A stretch of 49,364 bases of DNA, taken from contig PS015197.1 in the NCBI GenBank assembly GCA_048213135.1, positions 72,971 through 122,334 of the forward strand, written 5' to 3'. The stretch comes from Reclinomonas americana ATCC 50394 (Eukaryota). A program made the translations under genes and the position numbers. Under the pieces are notes generated by a model. That model worked only from the letters and a program-made list of their open reading frames with translations, had not been told where the DNA came from and did no database searches. This document shows, piece after piece, positions 47,877 through 49,364 of this stretch; the stretch's first letter is position 1, and every line of letters starts with the position of its first letter.

Positions 47877-48354
47877 TCAAGGTGGCGGTAGAGGAGGAAT
47901 GGATGTGGAGAGGAAGACACTGCCGTGGATGGAAGACGGTATATCTACACCGGTGCGTGGTGAGGGAGTGAGAGTCAGGCAGAAGGGGGAATGAGAGAGG
48001 GGAGAGATTTCGCTGGGCAAGCAGCACATAGCAAGTTGTGTTTGCGGGATCAATAGAGCTTGTCGAAAGAGAAGAAGAAGACAGCAGAAACCCCAGTGCA
48101 CCAAGAGGGACACTTCTGAGCAGCAGCCTTGTGTTGTGAGGCATGCAGTTTGCATGTGAGTTTTCTCTTCAACCAGCTGACCACTGTTGTTGTCGCAGGT
48201 GGAAGAGCACGACGAGTGAATGAGGATGTAAACTGAGGACCATCATGCAACTCGCAGGGCAAATGAATGTTGCTGTCCATGCAGCCGCATGGGGGCATCC
48301 ATTTGCATCAGTGCACGGAGTATCGTCACAGTTTGTCGTAACGAGGAGTACGCT
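47877..48354 (-). pseudogene. Exon-like 3' end of a convergent minus-strand gene (intact or decayed); partial copies in each array spacer
   Basis: Phase-consistent spliced reading YSSLRQTVTILRALMQMDAPMRLHGQQHSFAL / GQLVEEKTHMQTACLTTQGCCSEVSLLVHW / DIPSSIHGSVFLSTSIPPLPPP*, with pyrimidine-rich intron-like segments between. Homologues at ~24073-24495, ~32880-33885 and ~40140-40465. Confidence 0.35.
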
Positions 48355-49122
48355 GCGGTGATATCATGGAAGAAGAAAAAGAAGGAGGAGAAGAAGAAGA
48401 AGGACTAGAAGAAGAGGGAGAAGAAGGAGGAGGAGGAGGAGGAGGAGAAGAAGAAGACGAAGAAGAAGGAGAAAAAGAAGGAAGAGGAGAAGAAGAAGAA
48501 AAAGAAGAAGAAGTAGAAGTACGTAGAAGAAGAAGAAGAAGAAGTGCTGCTTTATTGATTCTGCGGATACTCGTGCACTAGCAAGGGCGAGGCCTTGTTG
48601 CACGGCACGTGGGCAGTGGCCGTGACGACCTGGCGGTTGTCTCCCTGTGCCCACCCTCTGCTCTTCAGAGACCGCTTCAGAGGTTCTCGCCGATGTCACG
48701 TACAACTATCCGCTGGTGATGAAGTAGCGTGGTGCATCGTTGGAGTACGTCACCGCTCAGCATCGTCCACGCGGATCACGGGTTGTGGGGGAGCAACATA
48801 CGTCCTGACATTAGTCCCACCGTACATGTTGTTGACGCATGGGCAACGCCGCCAGTGTTCTTAACGAGGAGAACGCTGCGGTGATATTGTGAAGGAGAAG
48901 AAGAAGAAGAAAAACAAGAAGCAGAAGGTGAATTCGAAGGAGAAAAATAAGGAGGTGGAAGAGGAGGAGGAGAAGGAGGAGGGGAAGAAGAAGAACAAGA
49001 ACAAGAAGAGGAAGAAGAAGTACATAGAAGAAGAACAAGAACAAGAAGAAGAAGAACAGAAGAAGAAGAACAAGAAGAAGAATAAGAAGAAGAAGAACAA
49101 GAAGAACAAGAAGAACAAGAAC

Positions 49123-49153
<31 letters not shown>

Positions 49154-49322
49154 AGAAGAAGAAATGCTTTTGAATCTGCGGATACCCCTGCACAAGCACT
49201 CAGCATATCACGGGATGGTAAGTAGACAGACTTACGTCCTGTCAAATAGTCCCACTGTCGTACTGGTCCTCTCTCTCTCTCTCCCCTTGTTGACACGCAT
49301 GGGCAACGCCGCCAGTGTTCTC
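48339..49322. repeat. Two ~460-520 bp imperfect tandem units, each containing a long (GAA/GAG)n tract
   Basis: Shared anchors taacgaggag.acgctgcggtgatat (48339, 48862), tctgcggatac, tacgtcctg...tagtcccac, and tgttgac..gcatgggcaacgccgccagtgttct (~48829, ~49288). Confidence 0.75.
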
Positions 49323-49364
49323 TCCTCCTCCTCCTCCTCCTCCTCCTCCTCTTCCTCCTCCTCC

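Overview
Intron-rich, microsatellite-rich eukaryotic DNA (probably a protist; species not identifiable) from a gappy draft assembly with sequencing artefacts. The ORF track is mostly uninformative because the genes are spliced, so I rebuilt exons by hand from splice sites and phase continuity. Left third: a minus-strand membrane-anchored nucleotide-diphospho-sugar glycosyltransferase (GT77/PF03407-like, 378-6287) and a divergently transcribed plus-strand gene of unknown function (7541-15647), with a ~299-bp tandem repeat between them. Right two-thirds (~15.8-48.3 kb): a two-level tandem array of four head-to-tail paralogues of a large gene. Each paralogue has an N-terminal region with a PKKKKK/PKKRKK NLS exon, then 5-6 copies of a ~1.06-kb, phase-symmetric 5-exon module (21 modules in total), then an acidic tail. 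Each module encodes a ~195-aa Cys/His-containing domain I do not recognise, followed by an acidic linker with SUMO consensus sites. The array shows module gain/loss, mosaic paralogue types, GT/GC donor switching at one homologous intron, an unusually conserved junction-only element, and remnants of a convergent antisense gene in each spacer. All function statements for the array are inference.
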